A stretch of 63,307 bases of DNA, the filler included, from Reticulomyxa filosa (lineage: Eukaryota; Protista; Foraminifera), in assembly GCA_000512085.1 (NCBI GenBank). It is 29 parts of 29 records of this genome, joined end to end, with 100 filler letters (N's around TTAATTAATTAA, not from the genome) between each part and the next. Parts side by side here need not be neighbours in the genome. Positions count along the whole stretch, not along the records: positions 13,205 to 14,590 come from ASPP01038681.1; positions 14,691 to 16,088 come from ASPP01038550.1; positions 16,189 to 17,835 come from ASPP01018683.1; positions 17,936 to 19,101 come from ASPP01020276.1; positions 19,202 to 20,291 come from ASPP01045393.1; positions 20,392 to 24,801 come from ASPP01024774.1; positions 24,902 to 27,312 come from ASPP01008591.1; 22 more parts are not named here. One strand, 5' to 3'. Each line of letters opens with the position of its first letter. Positions within the stretch are counted from its first letter, which is position 1. Both the position numbers and the translations under genes were made by a program. The notes under the pieces are model-generated. The model searched no databases and was not told where the DNA came from. It was given only the letters and a program-made list of their open reading frames with translations. Below, piece after piece: positions 13,211-25,323 of this stretch.

Positions 13211-14590
13211 TTATTTATAAGGACAGTGATGTTCCTTCGTTAAATTTGTCAAGAATTGAAAAGTTGAAGTTTGAAGTGCTAAGTTGAAAATTAAACCATT
13301 AGATTCTACTACATTTGTATTATTACGCTTTTTTAAATTTAATACTTTATCTACTTTATCAAAATCATTTAATTTTTTTTCTACATCTGCACGTGTAAAT
13401 AATAATGTACGAAATGTATTAATTAATTGTTCTTGTTGTTTATTATCTGATATATTAAATTTACTTGGTATTAATGAAAATATTCTCATATCATTTGCTG
13501 TTGCTATTTTATGTAATAATCTACCATCCATAGCATTATTTCTTGCACCTTCTAATGCAAATCTTAATATACCTTTTTGATATTCTCTTAACCATTCTTG
13601 TACTTCTTCATCTGTCCACATTTTTGCCCATCCTTGTGTTGGTTTTTCTGTATGCCATTTTTCTTCTAATTTTTGTATATTTGTTGTTATAACACCAAAT
13701 TGTTGCTCTAATTTACCATATATACTTTGTGCTTCCGATTGTAATGTTTTCCAACGTTTATCTAATACTGCAAAAAAATCATCTAATACACCTCTCATTC
13801 TTGATGCACGTATCCATGTTGGTGGTAATACATATCTATTTGCTTGTAATAATTTTTCTGCTTCTTTACATTCTTCCCATAATGCTTCCCAACCAGATGA
13901 TTCATCTTTTAATCTTTGTAATAATGTAACTGCCTTTACAATATCTGTTATGGTACTTACAGTAAATGATGTTTCTTCTAATTCATATTTACCTTTGGTA
14001 GCACTGCTATGAAAATCTCTTAATATTTTATCTAAATGTACAAATAAAGTTTTAAATGTTTGTTTGCGAAATTCTGTATATTTATTATCCACTTTACTAC
14101 GTACATTACCAAATTGTATTATAATAGGACCATAGCTTTTTTCTGTATCTGTATTATCAAATGCCGATTGCATTTGTTTCATATCATTTAATAATTTTAT
14201 CCATTTGCCAATATTATCACCTAATGCATCATATATATCAGAAGATTTTAAATCCCATAATGCTTGATATGATAACCATGAATATGCATATTTTGTAGCA
14301 TCTTCACATAAATGATGTATTTTACTATAACAATCTACTATCTTATTCATATTTATATGATCTAATATACTACGATATGTTGATTCTTCTTCACTTTGAT
14401 CACTATCACTTCTTGGACGTTTTAAACTAACTATCATTGCTAACCATGTTTGTAAATCTTGTCCTAATACCATTTTTGCTTCTGACATTGGTGGTTCTAT
14501 TTCTATTTTTTGATTAGGTGTCATCTTTATAACATGTATTATTGCTGAATTTCTCCAAAATGGATTTTCTTTTTTTAATTCTTCTATATC
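13211..14590 (-). CDS. Cytoplasmic dynein heavy chain, tail-region fragment with an inserted SAM-like domain
   Basis: WLSYQALWDLKSSDIYDALGDNIGKWIKLL...AFDNTDTEKSYGPIIIQFGNVRSKVDNKY and LLQANRYVLPPTW...KWHTEKP match the dynein-1 tail pattern (WLxYQxLWD...FDN.ET.K.FGP..I.Y..VQSKV..KY; LLERQRFQFP..W). The frame is open to the contig end. Confidence 0.9.
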   Translation of the reverse strand, partial: DIEELKKENPFWRNSAIIHVIKMTPNQKIEIEPPMSEAKMVLGQDLQTWLAMIVSLKRPRSDSDQSEEESTYRSILDHINMNKIVDCYSKIHHLCEDATKYAYSWLSYQALWDLKSSDIYDALGDNIGKWIKLLNDMKQMQSAFDNTDTEKSYGPIIIQFGNVRSKVDNKYTEFRKQTFKTLFVHLDKILRDFHSSATKGKYELEETSFTVSTITDIVKAVTLLQRLKDESSGWEALWEECKEAEKLLQANRYVLPPTWIRASRMRGVLDDFFAVLDKRWKTLQSEAQSIYGKLEQQFGVITTNIQKLEEKWHTEKPTQGWAKMWTDEEVQEWLREYQKGILRFALEGARNNAMDGRLLHKIATANDMRIFSLIPSKFNISDNKQQEQLINTFRTLLFTRADVEKKLNDFDKVDKVLNLKKRNNTNVVESNGLIFNLALQTSTFQFLTNLTKEHHCPYK

Positions 14591-16869
14591 NNNNNNNNNN
14601 NNNNNNNNNNNNNNNNNNNNNNNNNNNNNNNNNNTTAATTAATTAANNNNNNNNNNNNNNNNNNNNNNNNNNNNNNNNNNNNNNNNNNNNTTTGAATATT
14701 GTAAAAATAGTATTGGCAAACATAGTTTTTTCTTTTTTTCTTTTCTCCAATGAAATACTTGTATGTGCTTTTTCTCTACGAGACTCTATTGTATCACTAT
14801 TTCCAAATGTGACATACTGATACTCCTGAAGGTTATTTTGTTTTGTAAACCGTTCTTCGTTTTGCAGAAAGATATTGGAAACAGAAAGTTATTAAAAAGT
14901 TCTGATAATCAAAATTAGCAACGGAAGCATTAAACTTACGCGCAGAAGATTTAGAATTAATAAGTTTAGAAAAAAGGTTAGAAACTATTAAGAGAATAAT
15001 AGAGTTAGAACAAGTAATATCTACTTTTTTTTCTTTTTCTTCTTATAAACAATTATTAAAAAAAAAGTAATTGCATATGAAATATTTCGTACATAAGATG
15101 TACTATGATGCAAAAAAAAAAATACTAGATCTTTACTGTTTTTTTTTTAATATGTACTAATTTCTAATAACAAAAAAAAATTGTAAAATCTTTTGGATTC
15201 CACAAGAGTCTTTTCGTATGTTATTTCGCGTTCATGAAAAAAAGTGTTTTTAATTCCTGTTCACATAAGAACTCTCAAAGTTCTAACAATAAATGCATTC
15301 TTCAAAAATCTTTATGTAACAAAATATTCATTAAATTGAATGTTTGTTATGTTATAGAATTGGTTAACCAAGTAAAAAAGGAATCGTCGATTATAGAAGT
15401 GTAAGACATTGAATAAAAGATAGTTATAAAATATTTTTAACTGAGTCCACAACAAATGTGAATTAAACTCTCGGAATTGTGAGCCAATAACTGCAAGAAG
15501 CAAAAACGATTAATGATAGCAATCAAGTTGTTTGAAAGCATTGAATAACAATTGAATGTTTTCATAGTCACCTTGCAAATCTTATTGATAAAGTGTTATG
15601 TTACATCACATATTTACATCATATTCATCAATGTAGGAATAGACTCTAATCACATCGAATTTTTCATTGTAATAGCTTTTTGGTAAAACTGTTTTAATTT
15701 TATCAGTAAATTGAAATTCAAGTATAATGTCAAAAATGGGAACCACATTCAAATTAACAAGCATGTCTACAAATAAATAAGATCAAGTGATTGTTTTCAA
15801 TATAGCAGCTTTTATATGTTTATATTTAAATAATACTGTGTGTTATTGAAAAGATTTTGTTTTATATTGTGATGTAATCTCTTTTATCTTCACAAAATAT
15901 TTTTGTAAAACCAAGATATAATTTTTATGAATTGTTCTTCCCAAAAATTGGAATTTTTTTTTTGTTATATGCATTTGTAGAAATGATAAAATCACTATAC
16001 ATTGTCAGAAGAAAAGTATTTTTTAGGTAAGAGACGCTGTTGAATGAAGACTTAACGTTTTTTGGAAGTGAAAAGCTTTATGTAAAAANNNNNNNNNNNN
16101 NNNNNNNNNNNNNNNNNNNNNNNNNNNNNNNNTTAATTAATTAANNNNNNNNNNNNNNNNNNNNNNNNNNNNNNNNNNNNNNNNNNNNTCTTGTGATTAT
16201 TTGTTACAAAGCTAATTCATAATTTTCAGCAATTTATACTTTTCCAAAAGTTTTTGACTATAAAGACTTTAAGACAAAAGTCATGAAACATCAAAATGGT
16301 ATCTTATAAAGATATCTAGATCAGTGAAAATGTAATTGAAAGCTGTCTTGATCAAATGTATTGATTAGTTAGACAGTCGTAGACTCCTTTTTTCATTTTC
16401 TTGGCGGATCGAGTTCTTGGGCTGGCGTTGCAGATATGTGCGCGCAATTTCAATGTTTGCTTCCAAATGACGCAAATGTTATTACTTTCAAAGATAGTCA
16501 GCACCACTCCACAATTTTCACTTACAACGGGTGCCAAGACCATAACAACGACCAAGTCAATTATAATCATCAATCAAATCAACAGTCTGCCAACTATTAC
16601 ACCAACAAGCACAAAACAACTACCACACAAATCGCTAATATAAAAACAATTTGCCAAATACATGCATGCCCAATCGCTGACTATTGTGTGACCTTGCACT
16701 TCAGTTACTTTCATTATGTCTTTATGTTTCAATTTAAAAAAATTAAAAAAAAAAAAAGATTTGTAAAGTATGTGAAAAAAACTTTGATAGTAATAATAAT
16801 AGCAATATGTTTCAATTTCATATATATAAAAAAACAATACAATAGACAGCACGTTAGGACGACCAGAAA

Positions 16870-17750
16870 TAGTGCTTTGCTCAAGCCAAGGCTATATACG
16901 TAGCAATGGCGATGCAAGCACAAATGATGGTACTACTGACGCTGCTCGCGTTGTGGCAAGTAGCACGAATTTTAAGGTGGATGTCGTGGATGGCAATGAT
17001 AGTACATTTGCTCAAGATAATCTGGTCGTGAATGTTATATTGGTCTTATGCACGACAATGCAACTGATGATCTGTCATCTAAAGGGCATTGTGTTGTCAT
17101 CGAATGCGCCCGATATGCAATATACAAATAGAACGGTCATTGTAGATTGCGATGATATTGTGTACAATTGGCTTGTGCAATCATTACATCGATCTGGCTG
17201 TCATTTCAAACAGTATCAATTTGGGCGACAATGGCTAAACGTGTGGAGCATGTTAAAATCAATCATCGCACACAATGGCCCGTACTTGGCGGAATACAAA
17301 GTGCCGACTTACCACGACGGTTGCACATTTTGCAACAACAAAAAAAGGCCAGACAATATTACGTAATTGACACGGCCAATTGGTATGTCCAACAATTTCT
17401 TATATACGTATATATGTACACTTTTTTTTTTATGCGTAATTATCCTTTTAAAGCAAATCCAAAAAACAATGTATTGTTGTTATGTTTTATAACTTATTTT
17501 TTAAAAAAAACAGACAATGACGACACCAACAATGACAAGCAGAATCGGGGTAGAAACCGCCACCGTGTCCGAAAGGAATAAAAAAGGTTTGTTTTATCTT
17601 CATTTTTTTTAAAAAATACATTCATCGTTGTATACTTGTGTATAGGGGTCCCCCTCCACATACTACCGTTACTTATTTGCCACCCCAATCTATGCAAAAA
17701 AGTTTGAGGTTGAAGGCCTCCCCGTCTCCGAAAGGAGTGATAATGGTTTG
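16870..17750 (+). repeat. Decayed multicopy gene or element with Cys/His-containing segments and PSPKG-type exon modules
   Basis: Colinear similarity with 60400-61350 (ATGCAAGCACAA..GATGG; CACACAATG.C.CGTAC; GAAGGCC..CCGTCTCCGAAAGG.GT.ATAA.GGT). A partial third copy lies on the minus strand at ~18715-18760. Confidence 0.6.
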
Positions 17751-19201
17751 TTATATTTGTATATGTATATATTTTTCTTTTGTTAAAATAATGTGATTGT
17801 GTGTGATAAATAGGAATTCCCTCAAAGAAAAAAAANNNNNNNNNNNNNNNNNNNNNNNNNNNNNNNNNNNNNNNNNNNNTTAATTAATTAANNNNNNNNN
17901 NNNNNNNNNNNNNNNNNNNNNNNNNNNNNNNNNNNTATAACTATCTACAGTGTCGATGTCGCCGTTGCGATATCAAATGTTGTATTTTTTTTTTTAATTT
18001 TCTTCTTTTTTCTCTTTGTTTTTACTCTTTTTTTTTTTTTTAATTTTTTCTCATCACAATCTTTTTTTATTTTATTTTTCTTTTACATTTTGCAACATTT
18101 TTTTTTCCATTTCTTTTTAAATTATTATTATTAATTTTCTTAAAAAAAATTTTCTACTTTCCCACTTTCTACCCTTTCCCCTTTCAAATTCATTTTCCCC
18201 CCCTTTTCAATCTATTTTCTTTTCAATCCCTTTTTTTCAAATCATTTTTTCCCAATTTTAAATATATTTTCAATTTTATTTTCTTTCCCCCAATTTTTAC
18301 TACCAACTTAAATATAAATGAAAAAACAAAAAACAGCATTGTCCAATCTTTTTTTTTTATCATTGAACATATAAACACAATCAAACACACTTTTGTACGT
18401 GAGCTAAAAGCTCCAATTACAATTATCTTTTTTTTTTCTTTGACATGGAGGGCAAATATAATTTTTTATTGGTGGAGGCATGCCTATTTATAAAAATAGA
18501 TCATTTGATAAATAAAAAATAAAAAATAAAAAATAAAAGATACAAACCCTTGGTTTTTTTGATGTGATGTGGCTTCAACACCAAAATTTTCTTTACAGAA
18601 ATGTGGACGGAGGACGTATACAATATTTTTTTTTTTTGAACAGACGGGTTGCGGCTGTTAACGAAAAAACAAATAAAGTGAATTATGTCAAAAAAAAAAT
18701 TTATAAATAAATACAAACCTTTGTTACTCCTTGCGGAGACGGGGGGCCTTACCCCATATTCAATATATTTATTTTTTCTTTTGCTGAAGGATGAACTGCA
18801 TCCACACAAAAAAATTGTCATTTTTTTTTATCAAAGTGCGAAGTCTGTCCAAAAAAAAAAACACAACAATCTTTTAAGTTACAAAAGTATTTTTAAAAAA
18901 AGAAAAAAGACATACCAGTGCTTAGAGAGAGATGGCGAAGATCACCCTAATTACGGATTGGTACGAAGAGACAACAAAAGAAAAAAAAAAGACCTTTTTC
19001 TTAAGTGACACATAAGTGAACAACTCATAAATATTTATTTAAAAAGATGAAAATTTACAATTTTTTGTAATATTTTGACAAAATAAATTGAAAAAAAGAA
19101 TNNNNNNNNNNNNNNNNNNNNNNNNNNNNNNNNNNNNNNNNNNNNTTAATTAATTAANNNNNNNNNNNNNNNNNNNNNNNNNNNNNNNNNNNNNNNNNNN
19201 N

Positions 19202-20226
19202 ACAATAACAATAACAATAACAATGATGACAACAGCCCAAATAAGAATAAAAAGAATAAGAATAAGAATAAAAATAAGAAAAAGAAAAAGAAAAAGAACA
19301 ACAAGGACGACATTGTCGTGGAGAGCAAAGACAATAGCTACGATAAACAAGACGTGAAGCTAGACAATGCACACGACGGGGGTCAATTGTTTCCAAAAGA
19401 AGAGTTTATTGTCATGTCTGACGAAAAGTTGGGTCGCGGTGCAAGCGCTATCGTCATCAAAGCCTTTCATGTTGTATCTTGTCGCGTCGCTGCTATCAAA
19501 GTTTTGCACACAACATTACATATACAATATATGCATATATATATATATATATGCATATATACATTTATATAAAATGAAATAATGTTTGCAATGAAGACGG
19601 CCCGTTCAACGCATAAAAACATTCAACACCAAACGAACCAAGAGATTAACGTGCTGCAGAAGATGAACTCGTCAAAGTACATAATAAACATGATACGACA
19701 TGGGAAGGACTGTGAGACGAACGCGACGAAGATAGCATTGGAATACATGGACGGGGGATCTCTCAAGGACTACATCCAAAGTCACTCGCACCGCCCTTGC
19801 ATGGAAGGCATTGTGAAGTATGTGAGTTTCAGCGTGTTGCAAGGCTTGAAGCAGCTGCACGAGCAAAACTATGTGCACAACGACGTCAAGCCGGGCAACA
19901 TTTTGTATAACATGGCCGGCGATGTTAAACTTAGTGACTTTGGCACGGTGATGGAATTGCATCCAGATTGTCCAGGCTTGGACATGTTGACTGTCAATTG
20001 CGGCACCGCCAAATACGTGGCGCCCGAAAAAGCGCAAGCCACGCAAATACGCTATGGCGCGAAGGCCGACATTTGGTCCTTTGGCTTGGCCATATTCGAG
20101 CTATGTACCGGACAGCTCATCCATTCCGACACCCCTTCTACACAGTTGTACTTTCATCCTCCTCAATTGGACGCCTTGGTTTTTTCCAAAGACTGTTGCG
20201 ACTTTATACGATCTTGTCTCATTCAA
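19202..20226 (+). CDS. MAP kinase kinase (STE7-like) Ser/Thr kinase, partial; intron 19501-19596
   Basis: Motifs LGRGASAIV, VAAIK, IALEYMDGGSL, HNDVKPGNIL, VKLSDFG, GTAKYVAPE and KADIWSFG. The GT-AG intron joins AAIK to TARS in frame. Confidence 0.9.
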
Positions 20227-20391
20227 GTTTATTATTTTTTTTTTTTATTTAAAAAAAAAAAAAAAAGGGAGATACCCCCCCCCTCCTCCTTNNNNNNNNN
20301 NNNNNNNNNNNNNNNNNNNNNNNNNNNNNNNNNNNTTAATTAATTAANNNNNNNNNNNNNNNNNNNNNNNNNNNNNNNNNNNNNNNNNNNN

Positions 20392-22760
20392 TCCCTGGTT
20401 TTAGTTAGTTGGCAAACCTCGTTTCTGCTTATATACTGTTTGCCTGAGATTGATGCCAGTGTTGGCCCGATCATTGATGATCATTGTATATACAAATTTC
20501 TTGCATTTTGTTCCTTCTTGTCACTGCCACAAATCTTGTCATTTATTTCACGATTTTGATTCTTTTTTCATATGGCCATGTTTTGTCACCGATTACTAAT
20601 TTTCTCATGCTCAGTTTTCAATCAATTAATTGTCGTACACTAGAAAATTAAAAGTACAATGTTTGGACAATCACGATGAAAATATTTATGCGCAGACTTC
20701 TGCAAGATTATCGATATTGAATATGTGTTGAAATATACTGATCACTTAATTCTGTCTTTGGTAATGGGCCAACAATGTAATGCGATCATTTGAAAAGGTC
20801 TTGTTGATGGAAAGTGTCAATATTTACATCGTTCGCTCACTTGGACACTTGACAGGTAAAACAATGCTTGCAAAATCGTTTTAAATAGTTAACTAACACT
20901 GTACAATATAACCTTTCTTGAATCATCGCTTAAATTGTTGTGCAAGATGCTGTGCTAGTGTATGATAATGAAAGTATAAGATTGCATCATTTTGTATTGA
21001 TTTTGGTACAATTTGTTTGTAATCGTATGTTAGTATTTCCATTTTGTTCAATCCAATTTTTTGTTGTTCAATAGATTTCCTCTAAAGTGCCGATATTGCT
21101 TTATTTTTGTTCTTTGTGTTCATATATCATTCTTTGGTCCTTTTATAGTTACCGGAATTTGTCCTTTTCGAATATTTCATCATAATCATGTTTATCACTA
21201 TTTATATTGAAAGCTTTTTCAATTTTAGCAAACATCAATATTTTCGTTTGTGTACGCTAATAATTTCTACTTTTATTATGTTGATATATGTCATAATTAC
21301 TACTTTTTCAGCTCTCGTCAATGATATCTGTTAACTAGAATAAATCAGAAATGACATTTCAGTAAAAGTAAAATAACTATTTTCAAATGAAACTCGCTGA
21401 ACATTTGCGACTCTATTAGCTTGTTTTCCTTATAGCGAAATAACGAAGCTATATTTTTGTGATCAGTATATGCAACAATTTTCAAACAATAAATATTAAT
21501 CTATTTTTGTACTACGTAAACAAATTAGTACAATTCTTTTTCGGAGTCAATTTAATTTATAACAGTCAAATGTTTAGAAATGAATTCGATATGCACAATT
21601 GTATCAGTTTCATTACGATTGATTCTTTGTCTTTAGTTTTGATACATTTAGACTATTAATGTAGCTTGGATTTGATATAACATGATCAAGGAATAATATT
21701 TCATTTTGAAAAAATCATTTTTCCATTGTCAGTTGTAAGTTGCATTTGTCTAAGTAATTTGCTTAATAATGTACTTTCTTATATATGATGTTTACATGCA
21801 AACATTTTATAAGTATAAAATTCTTTATGTTATAGCATTTATGTTAATTTCTTTACATGTTCATCAAATGTCGACAATTGCTTATTTATTGCTGAATGTC
21901 AATTTTATTATTTTGAAAAAAAATTTTACGTAAAGTCTTAAAATTCTATTTAATAAGATAAATCAATTTCGATTGATGTTCATATTTTTAACTTTTTTCA
22001 TAAATGATTATAATAATGTCTTCTTCAAAACTTTTTACGTCCAACTAATTGTATGACTATACAAGTCATTTTTTGTTTATGTCCTCTTTGTAGTGATTTG
22101 TTCCAAACTCAATGATTTGTTATCATCAATTTAAGTTTGAACTAACAACATTTTGCGCACAAACCTTTCGTACAACTGCGTATCTGGTCCTGTTGAGTCA
22201 CCGCAATCGTAATTCTATATTCTATTGTCGATACTGAATCTTTACCAAAGCGCTAAATATGTTCGTTGCATTTGACATCTTGCTTTGTCTTTGAACAACT
22301 GGAGCATATGTTGTTTAATTCGATTCTAGCTTCAGTTGGATCAATACATTCATAAAACGTATTCTTGCCAAAATATTCAAACAAACTCTGTCTACAATAT
22401 TTTGAATTCTTTCGGATTAATGTTCGCCAATTACTCGATTGACACCTGGCGCTCCTTGATCTCCTTATCTTTGCTTGTCAGTTTATTGCCGGCAAATCAT
22501 TTACCAAGTCTATTTGCGCCTTTCAGTCACCGTTTTTTTCGCCAGCTTCTCTTATGGTTTTGCTTCACCGATTTGTTCGCATCACCAACCCTTTCCTGAT
22601 GCCGTGGACTTCTAGCATCTGCCGTGCCATTTGACACTAACTGTTTAGCTAGCGAAAAAAAATAAGTATAGTTTTGTAGAAGTTTAGCCCACTGTGGACT
22701 TCTCAGGCCCTTTAGAGTTCCGCCCTCTATAGTACGGACTTGCCCTATATTACCTTTAAA
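20392..22760 (-). mobile_element. Decayed Ty3/gypsy LTR retrotransposon (integrase remnant ~20690-20890, LTR-like sequence ~22660-22760)
   Basis: The minus strand reads CKHCFTCQVSK*...FPSTRPFQMIAL..VGPLPKTEL.DQYI, nearly identical in DNA to 43530-43700. Segment 22660-22760 (rc AAGTCC.TA.TA...CAGTGGGCTA.ACT..TACA) matches 34570-34630. Boundaries are approximate. Confidence 0.7.
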
Positions 22761-23019
22761 AAAGAAACATAAAATTTAAAACTGCAAATAAACACCAAAA
22801 TTATATATAGTTGGAAAATTACTTCTTTCTCATAATTACTAGAAATTTTCTTTGTGTGTTGCAGTATTTTATTGATTTAGGAAACTTCTGGAAAAGATGT
22901 CGTCATTGAATTCAAACGATTCACCAAGAAGGGCTTACGACCCTTTCTTTGTGTTCCATCATTGGACATTTTGATATTTTTTTATTATCATTTTTTTTGA
23001 TTTATTTCTCATAACTTTA

Positions 23020-24801
23020 ATGTCAGATCTCAATTCCCTCAAAGATGGTCATGAGCAATTGCTAAATGAATCTGGTAAAGACAGTGCTTTGTTAGACAAA
23101 CCAGCACAGGAGAAAAAAAACCAGCGTCGACCTCCAAAATTCAGACCTCCGCGTAAAAAGAAATCTACTCAAAGCCTTAAAATGCATCACTTGTGGACTG
23201 ATCCAGCGAAACGTGTGTCATTATATGTGTTATTTGTATGTTCGGTGACGTACATGTTCAATACAGTTGAGCATATTTTTTGAGAAAGAGGGGAGGGGGA
23301 AGGGGTAAAAAAAAACTCTATTCAAAACTTAAAAAATTATTTTTTGAATTTTTTTTTTTTTATTTATTTAAAAAAAAAAAAAATTAGCAAAAGTTTGCAG
23401 CAGTGACCTCTTTTTTGTGGAATAAAAGGTGGATCGATATTTAATTGGAGTGACGGCCTCAAACATGCAACAATCGCAGGGCTGGGGAAACGGAGAAGGC
23501 ACAGGTAAACAATTTGACATGTTAGTCGGGCCAGTGTTTAGTGCCGTATATATTCCAATGGGTATTGTCTTTGGAATGATGGCAGACCGCATGGTGAAGT
23601 ATCGCAACTGGATGTTAGTGGCAGCACTGCTGACGTGGTCTTTGGCTTGCGTGTGTACTGGACTTTCGACTACGTATACCGAAGTGGTATGTGCCCGCAT
23701 CGTGCTGGCCCTCGCGCAAGCGGCATGTACTCCTTTAGCAGGCGCGATTATCACCGAGTTTTTCCCAAAGTCTATCCGCGCCACTGCATTGGGTATTTAT
23801 GGTTGGGGAGTTTATATTGGATATAGTCTGACTGTGGGCGCTGCAAATGCAATGACTAGGTATTATTATATATATATATATATATGTATATGTATACATA
23901 TATAAATACATATACATATATATATATATATGTATATTTATATGTGTTTATAAAAAGATGCAACCATAATTTTGGGAATGGAATTTTTTAAAAAAAATAC
24001 AGTTGGGCAGGATGGCGTGCAGTTTGGTATGCGTTTGGCTTTGCAGGCATCGTGTGGTGCATTTTTGTGGGATTGCTACCTCGGCCTTTGAAGACACGAC
24101 GACGCGAGTTTACTCAGTCGTACGAAGGGAAGAAAAAACTCAGTGTGTCGTTTTCGCTGAACGATTCGGCGGGAGGCAGAAACCAACAGTATTCGCAATT
24201 GTCGGCACCGCCTTCACGCGAGTCCAGCGTGGAGCCGGCATACAACGCGGAAGACAAGGGAGTACAGTTGCTCGAGGTACTACGCTACTTTGCTTTGACC
24301 CCTGCCATTTGGCTGCTGTGCTCCGCTGCCATGATTCGACAAGCAGCGGGACTCATCTGGGCTTACAATAGCAAAGATTTTTTCAGTGATGTTCGAGACC
24401 AAAGCAACTACCAACAGTCCGTCTTTATGCTATGGATTCCTGCCTTGTTTGGCTGTTTAGGTTCCGTTTATGGGGGATACGTTTCCGATAACTACGTCAA
24501 ACACGCTAGCAATAGCAAGAGATTAATCATTTTGGTGGTATGTAATACTTATATGTATACATATATACATAATATAAATATATGTACCTTTGTTTTGCAC
24601 TTCTTCTTCTTCTTTTAAGTTTGTTTATGTTGTTGTTGTTGTTGATGATGATGATGATGCCAAAGGCGTCGAATTTGTGCGCGGCGCCGTTTGTTTTTGG
24701 TGCATTGCTTACCCCTTGCCCTTGGTGCTATCTTTGGCTTATCCCCAGTAACATCATGTTGGAACCGAAAGGGTTTGAATTCCGGGTTTTTAAAAACCCG
24801 G
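23020..24801 (+). CDS. MFS transporter, Spinster-like, multi-exon and 3' partial
   Basis: YMFNT|VDRYLIG, GIVFGMMADR (MFS motif A) and ARIVLALAQAACTPLAGAIITEFFPKSIRATALGIY, plus a second-half GGYVSD. GT-AG introns include 23266-23428. Confidence 0.9.
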
Positions 24802-24997
24802 NNNNNNNNNNNNNNNNNNNNNNNNNNNNNNNNNNNNNNNNNNNNTTAATTAATTAANNNNNNNNNNNNNNNNNNNNNNNNNNNNNNNNNNNNNNNNNNN
24901 NGCAAAAGGAGAGGAATTTCGTCGCATGTTTATTTATTGGTACGACTTTTTTTTTTTCTCCTTGCAATGTCAATGTTAGTATTTATGTATGTGTACA

Positions 24998-25030
<33 letters not shown>

Positions 25031-25052
25031 TTGGCATGTGAGGGGGGCGGTA

Positions 25053-25151
25053 TGGACAATGGACAATGGACAATGGATATTTCATATTGACATTCAACAT
25101 TCAATATTCAACATTCAACATTCAACATTCGATATTTGACATTTGATTATT
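25053..25151. repeat. Heptamer tandem array with a drifting unit
   Basis: GGACAAT x3 grades into AACATTC-type units and then GACATTT-type units. Confidence 0.8.
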
Positions 25152-25323
25152 GGGCCACTTGGCTCATTTTGAAAATATAAAGGTTGGAGTGTTATTAGTA
25201 CCATTGACCTTCATGTTATGTTTTTTTTTTTTGTATTGTTTGCTTGCAAACAAAATACACTCCATTTTTTTAAAAATATTATTGTTGCTGTGTCGTTGCA
25301 TTGACAATGTCAAATCGAAATAG

